From: a virus
Lineage: Duplodnaviria; Caudoviricetes
IMG/VR virus record: IMGVR_UViG_3300027782_000030
Location: 1-64,000 of that record
Length of the DNA: 64,000 nt
Reading direction: 5' to 3' (one strand)
Part shown: positions 35,261 through 44,064 of the stretch, piece after piece
Layout of the letters: every line of letters starts with the position of its first letter
Position numbering within the stretch: position 1 is the stretch's first letter
Position numbers and translations under genes: made by a program
The notes under the pieces: generated by a model
The model's database searches: none
What the model was told of the DNA's origin: nothing
What the model saw: the letters and a program-made list of their open reading frames with translations, nothing else

Positions 35261-36205
35261 ATGTTTTTTACTGGCCATAATAATTGGTATCAATGGGGGT
35301 ATGACAATAAAAATTGGTTAGGAAGACGAGATTCGATAAATCAAACATTTAGTAGTAGATATGTTATTGATGAAATAAAATCAATGCCATTTGCAGAAGC
35401 TTTGGATTATAACTTAAAGACCTTTGTTAATGACTTTCCAAATGAAAAATATGCATTGTTATTGTCCGGAGGGTCAGAAAGTGAAACAGTGTTCCGAACC
35501 TTTATAAAAAATAAAGTTGACTTTACTCCATATATTTTTCGTTATGAAAACGACATAAACATTTACGATGTATCATACGCTATTACACTGTGTGAATCAC
35601 ATGAGAAAAAATATAGGTTAATTGATCTAAATTTAAAAAAATTTTTTGAACATGATGCCGAAAAAATAAGCGAATATGCTCAAATTGACAACCCCCGTTT
35701 GTTACCACAATTAAAGTTTTTAGATTATATTGATGAAATGCCAATTGGCTGTCACGGTGAACCGAGCTGGCATAGGCTTAATCATAGTTACGAAGAGCCT
35801 GGTATATGGGTTAATTCTGAATTTGAATTTGAAATGGGATGGGACAAATATATTCAACGCACCAATCGAACATCTATAATGTTATGGTTTAAATATACCC
35901 CCGAACTTGCATTAGCATATAACCAAACACCGTGGATTAATACGTTAATAAATGACGGATTTTATGGTAAGCTTGGGCCTAGAAGTACAAAAATTCAAGC
36001 ATATAAACAAGTTTACCCTGAAATGCTTTTTAGAAAAAAACAAACCGGATTTGAAAAAATTGAATTCGTTATTGACGAATTTGAAAAATTTTTATATCAA
36101 AAGTATAATGGATTTTTATACCGAGGAATAGTACAACGATCTAGAGAGGAAGTTTTTAAAATATTATTGAAAAATGTAAATACTTTTATGACGTTACTGC
36201 CGTAA
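35261..36205 (+). CDS. PP-loop / asparagine-synthase-like protein
   Basis: LLLSGGSESE motif. Confidence 0.6.
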   Translation: MFFTGHNNWYQWGYDNKNWLGRRDSINQTFSSRYVIDEIKSMPFAEALDYNLKTFVNDFPNEKYALLLSGGSESETVFRTFIKNKVDFTPYIFRYENDINIYDVSYAITLCESHEKKYRLIDLNLKKFFEHDAEKISEYAQIDNPRLLPQLKFLDYIDEMPIGCHGEPSWHRLNHSYEEPGIWVNSEFEFEMGWDKYIQRTNRTSIMLWFKYTPELALAYNQTPWINTLINDGFYGKLGPRSTKIQAYKQVYPEMLFRKKQTGFEKIEFVIDEFEKFLYQKYNGFLYRGIVQRSREEVFKILLKNVNTFMTLLP

Positions 36206-36512
36206 CTAATTGATGCGTAATATTATTTTCCAAACAATAAGCGTCTATTAAAGATTCAAATCTTGCCAAACCTAAAGGATCCGATTTAAAGTTTAGATAT
36301 TGCTCTTCACTTTGCCAAATATTATGCATAGTAAGAGTTAGATTATCTTCTGAATATTCAAACTGTGAGGTTAACCAAAACATAGTCTGTACATAATTAT
36401 TACTAAAGTTTATACAGTATTCAATTTCCTCCGGTGAAGAAAATGACCATTGTGGTATATAAAAATTTACTGAAGTGCTAGGTCTTACTTGAGTTCTTGT
36501 CACAGTGTACAT
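36186..36512 (-). CDS. Small hypothetical protein
   Basis: 108 aa; ATAAATA motif and GGGAG RBS upstream. Confidence 0.65.
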   Translation of the reverse strand: MYTVTRTQVRPSTSVNFYIPQWSFSSPEEIEYCINFSNNYVQTMFWLTSQFEYSEDNLTLTMHNIWQSEEQYLNFKSDPLGLARFESLIDAYCLENNITHQLVTAVTS

Positions 36513-36549
36513 ACTATTCTCCCATTATAATGTATTTATTATAATTAGA

Positions 36550-36578
36550 ATTAAACCTTTGGTTACCAAAGGTTTAAT
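36550..36578. terminator. Perfect 13-bp hairpin after rubredoxin
   Basis: ATTAAACCTTTGG-TTA-CCAAAGGTTTAAT. Confidence 0.55.
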
Positions 36579-36584
36579 AGTCCA

Positions 36585-36722
36585 TCACAGAAGTTCGTAG
36601 TCCTGTTTACCTACTCCACATTCAGGACAAGCAAAATCATCAGGTAAATCTTCCCAATGACCTTCTAGTTCTTCATTGTGGACATGACCACATACGATAC
36701 AAACGTGTTCTTGATTAGCCAT
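36585..36722 (-). CDS. Rubredoxin (45 aa)
   Basis: CIVCG...WEDLPDDFACPECG; overlaps the rubrerythrin stop; below ORF-track cutoff. Confidence 0.92.
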   Translation of the reverse strand: MANQEHVCIVCGHVHNEELEGHWEDLPDDFACPECGVGKQDYELL

Positions 36723-37173
36723 GAGTTAACTCCTCCAATTTTTGTAGATAGGCGGCCGCATGACGTTCTTCAACTCGCTTAAGAGCGGCAAAACGTTTTT
36801 CTGCCTTAGCTAAAATTTGTGCAAATTGTTCAGCATGCTCTCGGCTTTCTTCAATTTGTTCACCAAATTCTTTGACTGCATGACCATACATTTCATCGGA
36901 TGCTTGTCCTTGGAACGTTGGATACATTTCCATGTATTCGTAAGTTTCCCCTTCAATGGCTTTAGTTAAACATTCTACAGTATTGGGCTTGCCAATAAGT
37001 AATTCAAGATGCCCCCAAGCATGTTTGAGTTCTTGGTCCGCTGTATGCTCAAAATGTTGGGCAATATCTTCATGCCCTTCTTCACGAGCGATCCGAGCAA
37101 AATAGCGATATTTAATATGAGCCATTGATTCGCCTGCCAATGCGCTCTCTAAGTTCTTAAGTGTGTTTGACAT
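36715..37173 (-). CDS. rbr: Rubrerythrin (diiron domain)
   Basis: NLESALAGES.A..KY..FA..AREEG...E..HA; EGETYE...E.REH. Confidence 0.92.
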   Translation of the reverse strand: MSNTLKNLESALAGESMAHIKYRYFARIAREEGHEDIAQHFEHTADQELKHAWGHLELLIGKPNTVECLTKAIEGETYEYMEMYPTFQGQASDEMYGHAVKEFGEQIEESREHAEQFAQILAKAEKRFAALKRVEERHAAAYLQKLEELTHG

Positions 37174-37205
37174 AATGTCTCCTTTGTGTGTGATGTTATT
37201 TAGTC

Positions 37206-37229
37206 AAAAAGGGCCGTACGGCCCTTTTT
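37206..37229. terminator. Intrinsic terminator
   Basis: AAAAAGGGCC-GTAC-GGCCCTTTTT. Confidence 0.85.
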
Positions 37230-37245
37230 ATCATTTTAAATTAGT

Positions 37246-37827
37246 TTAAAATGAGTGAGTGTACGCTACGTTATAGCTGTGATTGAAACTGTCACCACGA
37301 ACTAGGTCATAACGAAGACCAACACTATCATGCTTAGTGATAGCATAACTAACACCTGCACGAGCAGTATGAGTTGTGTCAAGATTGCCGTTCGTGCCAA
37401 AACCATTGCGGAAACGATAACCAACTTTAGCGGTTAGCTTGTCAAACATGGTGTATGTAACACCTGGCTCAACACTATAGTAACCAAAATTAGCGCCATT
37501 AGTAAACTTCTCACCTGTAGCAACACGGGTGTAAACACCAACTGGGCCAACTGGCATAGAGCCAGTAACACCAATTTCAATACGGTCGCTAAGTGCTTTA
37601 GTACCAGCCTGTTGATAGGCAGTAAAGCCAATATCACCAGCAAACATTTTGCCAAATGATTCTTTAACGCTGAGTTGATAGTTGCTGCTGTCGCGGGCAC
37701 CACGATCACCCTTTTGGATTTGATCTTCAAGAGTAATGCTGGCTGCATTGGCTAGACCAGTAACAGCCATTAGTGCTGCGATTGCGAAAACTTTCTTCAT
37801 ATAGATATCTCCTTTAAAAAGTTTCAT
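37246..37827 (-). CDS. Outer-membrane beta-barrel protein
   Basis: Signal peptide, amphipathic strands, C-terminal Y.H.F BAM signal. Confidence 0.75.
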   Translation of the reverse strand: MKLFKGDIYMKKVFAIAALMAVTGLANAASITLEDQIQKGDRGARDSSNYQLSVKESFGKMFAGDIGFTAYQQAGTKALSDRIEIGVTGSMPVGPVGVYTRVATGEKFTNGANFGYYSVEPGVTYTMFDKLTAKVGYRFRNGFGTNGNLDTTHTARAGVSYAITKHDSVGLRYDLVRGDSFNHSYNVAYTHSF

Positions 37828-37829
37828 AC

Positions 37830-37858
37830 AGTATATATTTATTCTAAAGTGGTGTCAA
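37830..37858 (-). promoter_or_regulatory. sigma70-type promoter containing an ATAAATA motif
   Basis: TTGACA-N17-TATACT. Confidence 0.7.
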
Positions 37859-37907
37859 TATAATTTTTACCCATAAAAAATGTATAAATATTAAAAAAGG
37901 ACAATAT

Positions 37908-38534
37908 ATGAGTGAGATTGTAATACCTTCAATTCGTGAAACATTGCGTATACAACGTTGGGACGATCATAGATACTATCATCATAGCAGAATTAATCAA
38001 TTCTTACATTTGATTTCGGCTACCAGTTTCTTGGTAGCATATGTATATTTGTTCATTAATCCTGTTATCAGTTCTTACATCGCTTGGTTCATTGCTATGA
38101 CAACACGCCAAATTGGGCATTTCTTTTTTGAACCCGATGGTTACGATGAATATAATAAGGCCACTTTTGAATACAAAGAAAAAATCAAAGTAGGTTTCAA
38201 TCTCAAACGTAAACGAGTGTTACTAGCATGTTGGGCAGCAGTACCTATACTAGCTTACTTTGATGCCGAACTTTTTAACTTTATCATGCCCGATGCTAGC
38301 CCAGATACACTGTTTAATCGTATTGGGTGGGGTTGGTTATGGTTGGGTGTAGCAGGTGTAGTATTTAGAATGATTCAACTTACCGCAATCGATAGTCGCC
38401 GAACTGCTATTACTTGGTGTATTAAGATCATAACAGATCCATTCCATGACGTAATTATCTATCGTAACAGTTGGTTATATTTGTTGCGGGGCCAACTCAT
38501 TGACCCCGACTTAAGACAAGACTACGAAGATTAA
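37908..38534 (+). CDS. Mpo1/DUF962-like membrane protein
   Basis: HRYYH..RINQFLH...IGHFFFE; transmembrane helices. Confidence 0.65.
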   Translation: MSEIVIPSIRETLRIQRWDDHRYYHHSRINQFLHLISATSFLVAYVYLFINPVISSYIAWFIAMTTRQIGHFFFEPDGYDEYNKATFEYKEKIKVGFNLKRKRVLLACWAAVPILAYFDAELFNFIMPDASPDTLFNRIGWGWLWLGVAGVVFRMIQLTAIDSRRTAITWCIKIITDPFHDVIIYRNSWLYLLRGQLIDPDLRQDYED

Positions 38535-38538
38535 TTTT
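38517..38538. repeat. 22-bp direct repeat C, copy 1
   Basis: CAAGACTACGAAGATTAATTTT identical to 39148-39169. Confidence 0.9.
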
Positions 38539-38562
38539 CAAGACTTAGATATTAAATAACTG

Positions 38563-39135
38563 ATGTACTATTTAGAATTGCCTAATTTTCCAACAGATGT
38601 ACTGACCGAGCAGTATCAACGTCCAGGCTCGTATGATATTAAAGTTAATTATTGGAATGTTAAAATAGAATTTTTTAAAAAACAGATAATTGATTTTTTT
38701 GTAAGTCATAATCTAGAATTAAAAGATGGAGAAATATTTAAGAAAAGTCCCGGAATAATAGGTATTGTTCATACTGATGTTGTTTGGGATAGTTTTCAAT
38801 CTGCATGGACCCGTTGGCATTGTGCTGTTAATATTAACCTTGACAACACTAATTCATTGATGTATTGGTTTTCAACTACCGATACTGAAGTGTATCCCAT
38901 GCCAGGAGCAACTGGATTAAGAGGAATTCATTATGGCACTAAAAATAATAACAACTTTCATGACCGTGATGAATATACAGTCCTCGATAGTTTTTGCATT
39001 AATGGTCCAACGCTAGTAAGAACCAGTGTTCCTCACTTGGTTAAGAATTTAGATAATAAAGATCGATGGTGCCTTAGTCTAAGATTTAAGGGAAACCCAA
39101 CTTTTGAAGAATGTGCTAAGAAATTGCTCCTTTAA
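38563..39135 (+). CDS. 2OG-Fe(II) oxygenase-like protein
   Basis: VHTD...AVNINL...VPHLVKN...RWCLSLRF. Confidence 0.65.
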   Translation: MYYLELPNFPTDVLTEQYQRPGSYDIKVNYWNVKIEFFKKQIIDFFVSHNLELKDGEIFKKSPGIIGIVHTDVVWDSFQSAWTRWHCAVNINLDNTNSLMYWFSTTDTEVYPMPGATGLRGIHYGTKNNNNFHDRDEYTVLDSFCINGPTLVRTSVPHLVKNLDNKDRWCLSLRFKGNPTFEECAKKLLL

Positions 39136-39147
39136 AGTGATCTACAC

Positions 39148-39169
39148 CAAGACTACGAAGATTAATTTT
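39148..39169. repeat. 22-bp direct repeat C, copy 2
   Basis: Identical to 38517-38538. Confidence 0.9.
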
Positions 39170-39515
39170 TAGACATTGACCCAATTTTATTAGGCATATT
39201 CATTCTGTCTTCAATGACGGCAATATGCTGACGATTCTCAGCAATCATGTCACGATTCTTTTGAATCTCTTTCTCTAAGTCTTGTCTTAGTTTCTCTCTC
39301 GCTAACTCTGCACCTGAGTTGGTTGCTTGTTTGTTATCACTAGTAACCACTAGAGAAATCTTACCATTTAATATAGTAACATCGTGGCTGAGATTTTGTA
39401 GGGCACTCATTAGATAAACTACACATGAGAATAATAATGGTAATAGAGCAAAACTAATCTTTTCAATTAATTGGCTTTTGGCGTGTGCTTGGTCAACTTT
39501 TTCCTGCATATCCAT
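39162..39515 (-). CDS. Membrane-anchored coiled-coil protein
   Basis: One TM helix plus heptads. Confidence 0.65.
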   Translation of the reverse strand: MDMQEKVDQAHAKSQLIEKISFALLPLLFSCVVYLMSALQNLSHDVTILNGKISLVVTSDNKQATNSGAELAREKLRQDLEKEIQKNRDMIAENRQHIAVIEDRMNMPNKIGSMSKN

Positions 39516-39547
39516 AATCTCCTCTTTTAACTATTTATTATAATATA

Positions 39548-40168
39548 CTATTTACCAGCTAGTGGATTATCTATAGCTTTTTGAATCTTTTGGTCAACTT
39601 CTCTTTTTAGTACTTCTACTTCACGGTTTATTTCTCTACGGGCAGTAGTAAACTCTGAATTAATCTCTTTACGAGTTTGTTCCATATCTTTGCGTATGGT
39701 AGCAGCCTCACTACGGGCTCTTTCTAAATCTTCACGCACTGCTTTACGCATATCACGCATTTCTTGTTCAGTTTCACGCTGTGCTTGTTTAACGCTGCGT
39801 TCTACTTGTTCTGTAACACTTTCATTACGACGGATATCATTCTTTAAATCGTTTTTGATATCTCTAGTATAGTCACTAGTCTTGCCTGAATTTTCTTCCA
39901 TTACAGCCAATCGTTTATCAAAGCCCGACAGATCAGGAGCAGTGTATTCAGAAATCTTTTTCTTCATACTTTGATAGTCTTTATATACTTCAAAACAGCC
40001 ATATAAGCCACCCAATGTACTACTAACAATAGTAAATGCTACCATAAGTTTAGCAGGGGTAAATTCATAGCCACCAATACTAATTACAGTATCTTTGCTA
40101 GCATATTTTTTTACTGCGGCTTCGGCGTCATCAATCTTAGCGTCTACGCTTTTAATTTCTTCAGTCAT
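39548..40168 (-). CDS. Membrane-anchored coiled-coil protein
   Basis: One TM helix plus a long charged coiled coil. Confidence 0.7.
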   Translation of the reverse strand: MTEEIKSVDAKIDDAEAAVKKYASKDTVISIGGYEFTPAKLMVAFTIVSSTLGGLYGCFEVYKDYQSMKKKISEYTAPDLSGFDKRLAVMEENSGKTSDYTRDIKNDLKNDIRRNESVTEQVERSVKQAQRETEQEMRDMRKAVREDLERARSEAATIRKDMEQTRKEINSEFTTARREINREVEVLKREVDQKIQKAIDNPLAGK

Positions 40169-40169
40169 A

Positions 40170-42548
40170 TCATCTCCTATACTGTTGTTCTATCATCTGT
40201 TGATGCAGGCGGTCTGTTGATAACTGTCTTAACGCTCTAGCATTATCAACTGGTACTTGATTCTTATAGATTTCTTTTGGTTCATACATTTTCCCATCTT
40301 TGAGTACTAAATTAGTATAGTTACTGTAACCAACTGGAGTAGTAGCCATCTTATTAATATCTACATTACCTGCTAGTTCGTTTGCTGCGACATTAGTTTT
40401 TACTTTTTGATTTGACTCTGTAGTAGAATTTGTAGTTACAATCGGTTTTGTTTCAACTACTTCATTAAGTGGGTCTGTGCGATTAGTCACAAATCCTGCT
40501 GTACTGCTAACCTGTTCTACTTCCGCTTGTCTAGTAAAACTCACCTGCTGTGCTGTGGTCTGTTGCTGCTGTTCAACAGGTGCTGCTGCCATAGCATAAA
40601 ACAATGTGTTCTGAGGTTGTACATAGGCAAACGTCATAGAAGATTGTTGATCGGTTGAAGATTGTGAAAATACAGGTGTATTTGGTGTAGTAATTGTTGA
40701 AGTTACTGCGGTCGCCACTGTTGTATTAGCAGATTTGTTAGGTTGCGGGGGTAGACTACTTGTTACTGTAATTTGAACAGGTTGAGTTGATTGTACCCTG
40801 TTAAAATAAGTTTGAGCAGCAGATATCATGCTATATTGTGAATCATTAGCCGTTGATGTAGTAGGTGACACAGCAGCAACTACGGGTGTAGATACTCTCA
40901 ATGGGGCGGTTTGAACAGTTGTTGCCACTGTGACAGATTTATTTTCTGTATTAAGGGATGCTGCATTAATCATTGATGGACCTGATTGCGCTTGGCTAAC
41001 AGGCGCATTCGCAGTAGCAGTATTGGCTTGTCGTTGAGTCTGTACCGATAAGTTGGATAATGTTTGGCTCATTGTCACTGCGGCTGCGGCCACTGACACT
41101 GCCTGTTGTTGAACCTGATCCCCAGTTGCTGCTGCTTCTGTTATAGCCATTTGCACTGCGGAATTTTGTATTGTCTGCTCACGTTGTTGGTTCTTGGCAA
41201 TTGTGCTGAGTGCTGCTGCTACAGTTTTGGATTGAGGACTGCCTTTGGTCGTTGTGGTATTACTTGTTTGCTGTGGGGGCAATGATTGGACAACGTTAAC
41301 AGTGGTACTAGATACAGACGGTTCTATTGTTGGCGTAGATACTGTATTGCTAGCACTAAGTTTAGCAGCCATTGCTTGAGCAAAGCCACTACAGTCGGAA
41401 CTATACAATGGATTCTTAACGCAAGGATCTGGTGTATAGATTAAGCTCATTGAATAATTGCCAATTGAAGACCCTACACCAGATGCTCCTCCTGAAAGTC
41501 TAATATTGCCCAGTGAAGTTTGATTCATACTGCTTGATAGTAGAAGTTGTGAATTTACTGTTCCACTAGTACCTTCACTGTTGAAACTATGATTTCTTGA
41601 AATTAGTGTTTGATTATTACTGTTGGTCATTGAAGCACTAGCACTTACATATGCTGGAGTGTTCATCATCCAACTACATGACCCATCTTGATTCCAAGCA
41701 GTACATCCAAAGAACCCTTGCCCTACTGTATAATCAAATTTATAATTAAAGCCATGTACTGTAGCACCAAACCCAGCACTTTTTAATGCTGTGTTAATAG
41801 CAACTACTTGAGTCATTGAAGTAGATACAGCATCAGGATTTGGGGCAAGATTGCCGGTAGTTATTATGTTACCAAATCCCGAGCAAGTAGAACTGTAAGC
41901 AGGATTTAATTTACAAGGATCTACCGTGTATAGCAAATTGAAACTGTCAACATGAACTCTAGGGCCATAATAGCCTAGCCAAGTATTTTGATCCTTTCCA
42001 GTAAAACTAACTGTTAGGCTACTAGCTGAAGCAATATCATAGCGATTATTAAAAAATTGCGTACCCGAAAATGAAGTAAAGCTTGGCAAGTTTTGATTAT
42101 AGTTGTAGTTGAAACTTTCTATAATATTACCAGTAGCTCCCTTTAGCGATACATTACCGGTCAGTGTTCCCCTATTACCCTCGTAATTGTTGAGGTCATT
42201 ATTGATTTGCCATAGGTATCTGTATCCACTAAGTTGAACTCCTGCTCCAGCATTTGCCAATGCTTGATTAATAGCAACTGTTTGACTAACAGTGCGAGAA
42301 GCATAACTAAAGATGATGTTACCCGTGCCAGGATTATATGCTGGTGTAGGTCCACCACTGGTTCCACCTGCCTCACCAGTAACAGTATTGTTCCATGGTA
42401 GTCCCCCACCTAAATTCAGTATATTATTAGTACTGTTAAGTTGTAGTCCTGTAACTGGATCTAGATTTTGAGCATTAATGGAAGCCGAATAGCTTGAAAG
42501 CAACCATGCCCAACAAACTACCCAACCCAATTTTCTTAAGAGAATCAT
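40170..42548 (-). CDS. Secreted/anchored protein with two tandem beta domains and an S/T/Q/A-rich stalk
   Basis: N-terminal hydrophobic segment; two repeats ending DPC..NP.YSS.CSGF. Confidence 0.7.
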   Translation of the reverse strand: MILLRKLGWVVCWAWLLSSYSASINAQNLDPVTGLQLNSTNNILNLGGGLPWNNTVTGEAGGTSGGPTPAYNPGTGNIIFSYASRTVSQTVAINQALANAGAGVQLSGYRYLWQINNDLNNYEGNRGTLTGNVSLKGATGNIIESFNYNYNQNLPSFTSFSGTQFFNNRYDIASASSLTVSFTGKDQNTWLGYYGPRVHVDSFNLLYTVDPCKLNPAYSSTCSGFGNIITTGNLAPNPDAVSTSMTQVVAINTALKSAGFGATVHGFNYKFDYTVGQGFFGCTAWNQDGSCSWMMNTPAYVSASASMTNSNNQTLISRNHSFNSEGTSGTVNSQLLLSSSMNQTSLGNIRLSGGASGVGSSIGNYSMSLIYTPDPCVKNPLYSSDCSGFAQAMAAKLSASNTVSTPTIEPSVSSTTVNVVQSLPPQQTSNTTTTKGSPQSKTVAAALSTIAKNQQREQTIQNSAVQMAITEAAATGDQVQQQAVSVAAAAVTMSQTLSNLSVQTQRQANTATANAPVSQAQSGPSMINAASLNTENKSVTVATTVQTAPLRVSTPVVAAVSPTTSTANDSQYSMISAAQTYFNRVQSTQPVQITVTSSLPPQPNKSANTTVATAVTSTITTPNTPVFSQSSTDQQSSMTFAYVQPQNTLFYAMAAAPVEQQQQTTAQQVSFTRQAEVEQVSSTAGFVTNRTDPLNEVVETKPIVTTNSTTESNQKVKTNVAANELAGNVDINKMATTPVGYSNYTNLVLKDGKMYEPKEIYKNQVPVDNARALRQLSTDRLHQQMIEQQYRR

Positions 42549-44013
42549 CTTCTTTTACCTCTATTGCTACTGGCATTTTTTCAGGATTAGCCTCCCATGC
42601 TGCTCTTGCTGCTTCACCTATCTTACCTTCATACGGGCAAGGTGTGCCTGCGCTCCACATAGCATCAAACACACGGCGATCCTGACACATTGTGGCAACT
42701 GCTGCTACCTTCATACCCATATCGTAAAGTGTTTTGGCTAACTTTAGTCTTTCGCAATTAACATCTCTAATAGTAGAACCACTACTAACACCAAAGATTT
42801 GTGTTTGAACAGCACCACTTACACCAGTGGTACATAGGTCAGCATTACCACCACTCATCATTGTGGGGGCAATGGCTGTGGGAGGAGGTTGAATGACTCG
42901 TTGTGTAATTTCTGATGAGTTAATATTGCGGTTAGTCATGTCACCAGTTTGTACGTTTTGATTGACATTGTTGCTATTATTAACATTATTGCTAGTACTT
43001 GCACTTACACTAGTGTTGACATTATTGTTATTGTTAGTCATTGTACCAGTGTTAATGTTATTATTGGTATTGACATTACTATTTGTGCTGGTACTAGTAT
43101 TAATATTTCTATTGGTCATACTGCCACTAGTAATATTATTATTGGTGTTGACATTTGTGCTTGTGCTTGTGCTGGCATTGTTATTATTGTAAGTCATTGT
43201 GCCAGTGTTCACATTAATGTTTTTATTAGTACTTGTGCTAGTATTGACATTATTATTGTTATTAGTCATTGTACCATAGTTGAAATTGGTACTGGTATTA
43301 ATGTTTTTATTTGTGCTTGTACTGGTATTGATATTTTTATTAACGTTGTTGCTAGTACTGACATTATTATTATTGTATGTCATTGTACCAGTATTGACAT
43401 TGATGTTTTTATTGGTATTAGTGCTGGTACTTGTGCTGGTATTGTTATTATTATATGTCATCGTACCTGAATTAATATTATTATTGGTATTAACACTAGT
43501 ACTAGTACTAGTACTAGTACTAACATTGTTGTTATTATTAGTCATTGTACCACTATTGACATTATTGTTGTTGTATGTCATTGTACCACTATTAACATTG
43601 TTATTAGTATTAACACTGGTACTGACATTGTTATTATTGTTAGTCATTGTACCGGTGTTTACATTGTTATTGTTGTAGGTTACTGTTCCACTATTAACAT
43701 TATTATTGTTATTATTGTAGGTAACCGTACCACTGTTGACATTGTTATTGGTTACAGTGCCACTTTGAATATTATTATTTGTATTGACACTGGTATTGAG
43801 ATTAGTACTATTACTGTTTACTGTACTAGCACTGGTGCTGGTACTATTACTGGTGCTGGTATTATTGGTATTAACCGTACTGGTGCTATTACTTGTACTA
43901 TTGGTGTCTACTAATGTCTTAGAATCGTATCCACCTTGATTAATTAAGGTTTGAGCATTAACCGTAATTGCAGACAACAATATACTGGTATATACCAATA
44001 TTTTTTTAAGCAT
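42475..44013 (-). CDS. Secreted Asn/Thr-rich repeat protein with a Cys-containing C-terminal domain
   Basis: Signal peptide; many N(V/I)N(S/T)GT(M/V)T(Y/N)NNNN repeats; C-terminal hydrophobic tail. Confidence 0.75.
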   Translation of the reverse strand: MLKKILVYTSILLSAITVNAQTLINQGGYDSKTLVDTNSTSNSTSTVNTNNTSTSNSTSTSASTVNSNSTNLNTSVNTNNNIQSGTVTNNNVNSGTVTYNNNNNNVNSGTVTYNNNNVNTGTMTNNNNNVSTSVNTNNNVNSGTMTYNNNNVNSGTMTNNNNNVSTSTSTSTSVNTNNNINSGTMTYNNNNTSTSTSTNTNKNINVNTGTMTYNNNNVSTSNNVNKNINTSTSTNKNINTSTNFNYGTMTNNNNNVNTSTSTNKNINVNTGTMTYNNNNASTSTSTNVNTNNNITSGSMTNRNINTSTSTNSNVNTNNNINTGTMTNNNNNVNTSVSASTSNNVNNSNNVNQNVQTGDMTNRNINSSEITQRVIQPPPTAIAPTMMSGGNADLCTTGVSGAVQTQIFGVSSGSTIRDVNCERLKLAKTLYDMGMKVAAVATMCQDRRVFDAMWSAGTPCPYEGKIGEAARAAWEANPEKMPVAIEVKEDDSLKKIGLGSLLGMVAFKLFGFH

Positions 44014-44064
44014 AAACTTTTCCCCTATTGTTAGAGAAGTTACTTAATATTTACTCTATTATCA

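Noticed and set aside
42949-43678. Plus-strand ORFs 42949-43470, 42962-43192 and 43280-43678 (poly-L/V/I)
   Set aside because: Antisense shadows of the AAT/ACT repeats of the minus-strand N/T-rich gene
42960-43910. Repetitive DNA as a possible CRISPR array
   Set aside because: Degenerate in-frame codon repeats with no constant repeat/unique spacer pattern and no cas genes
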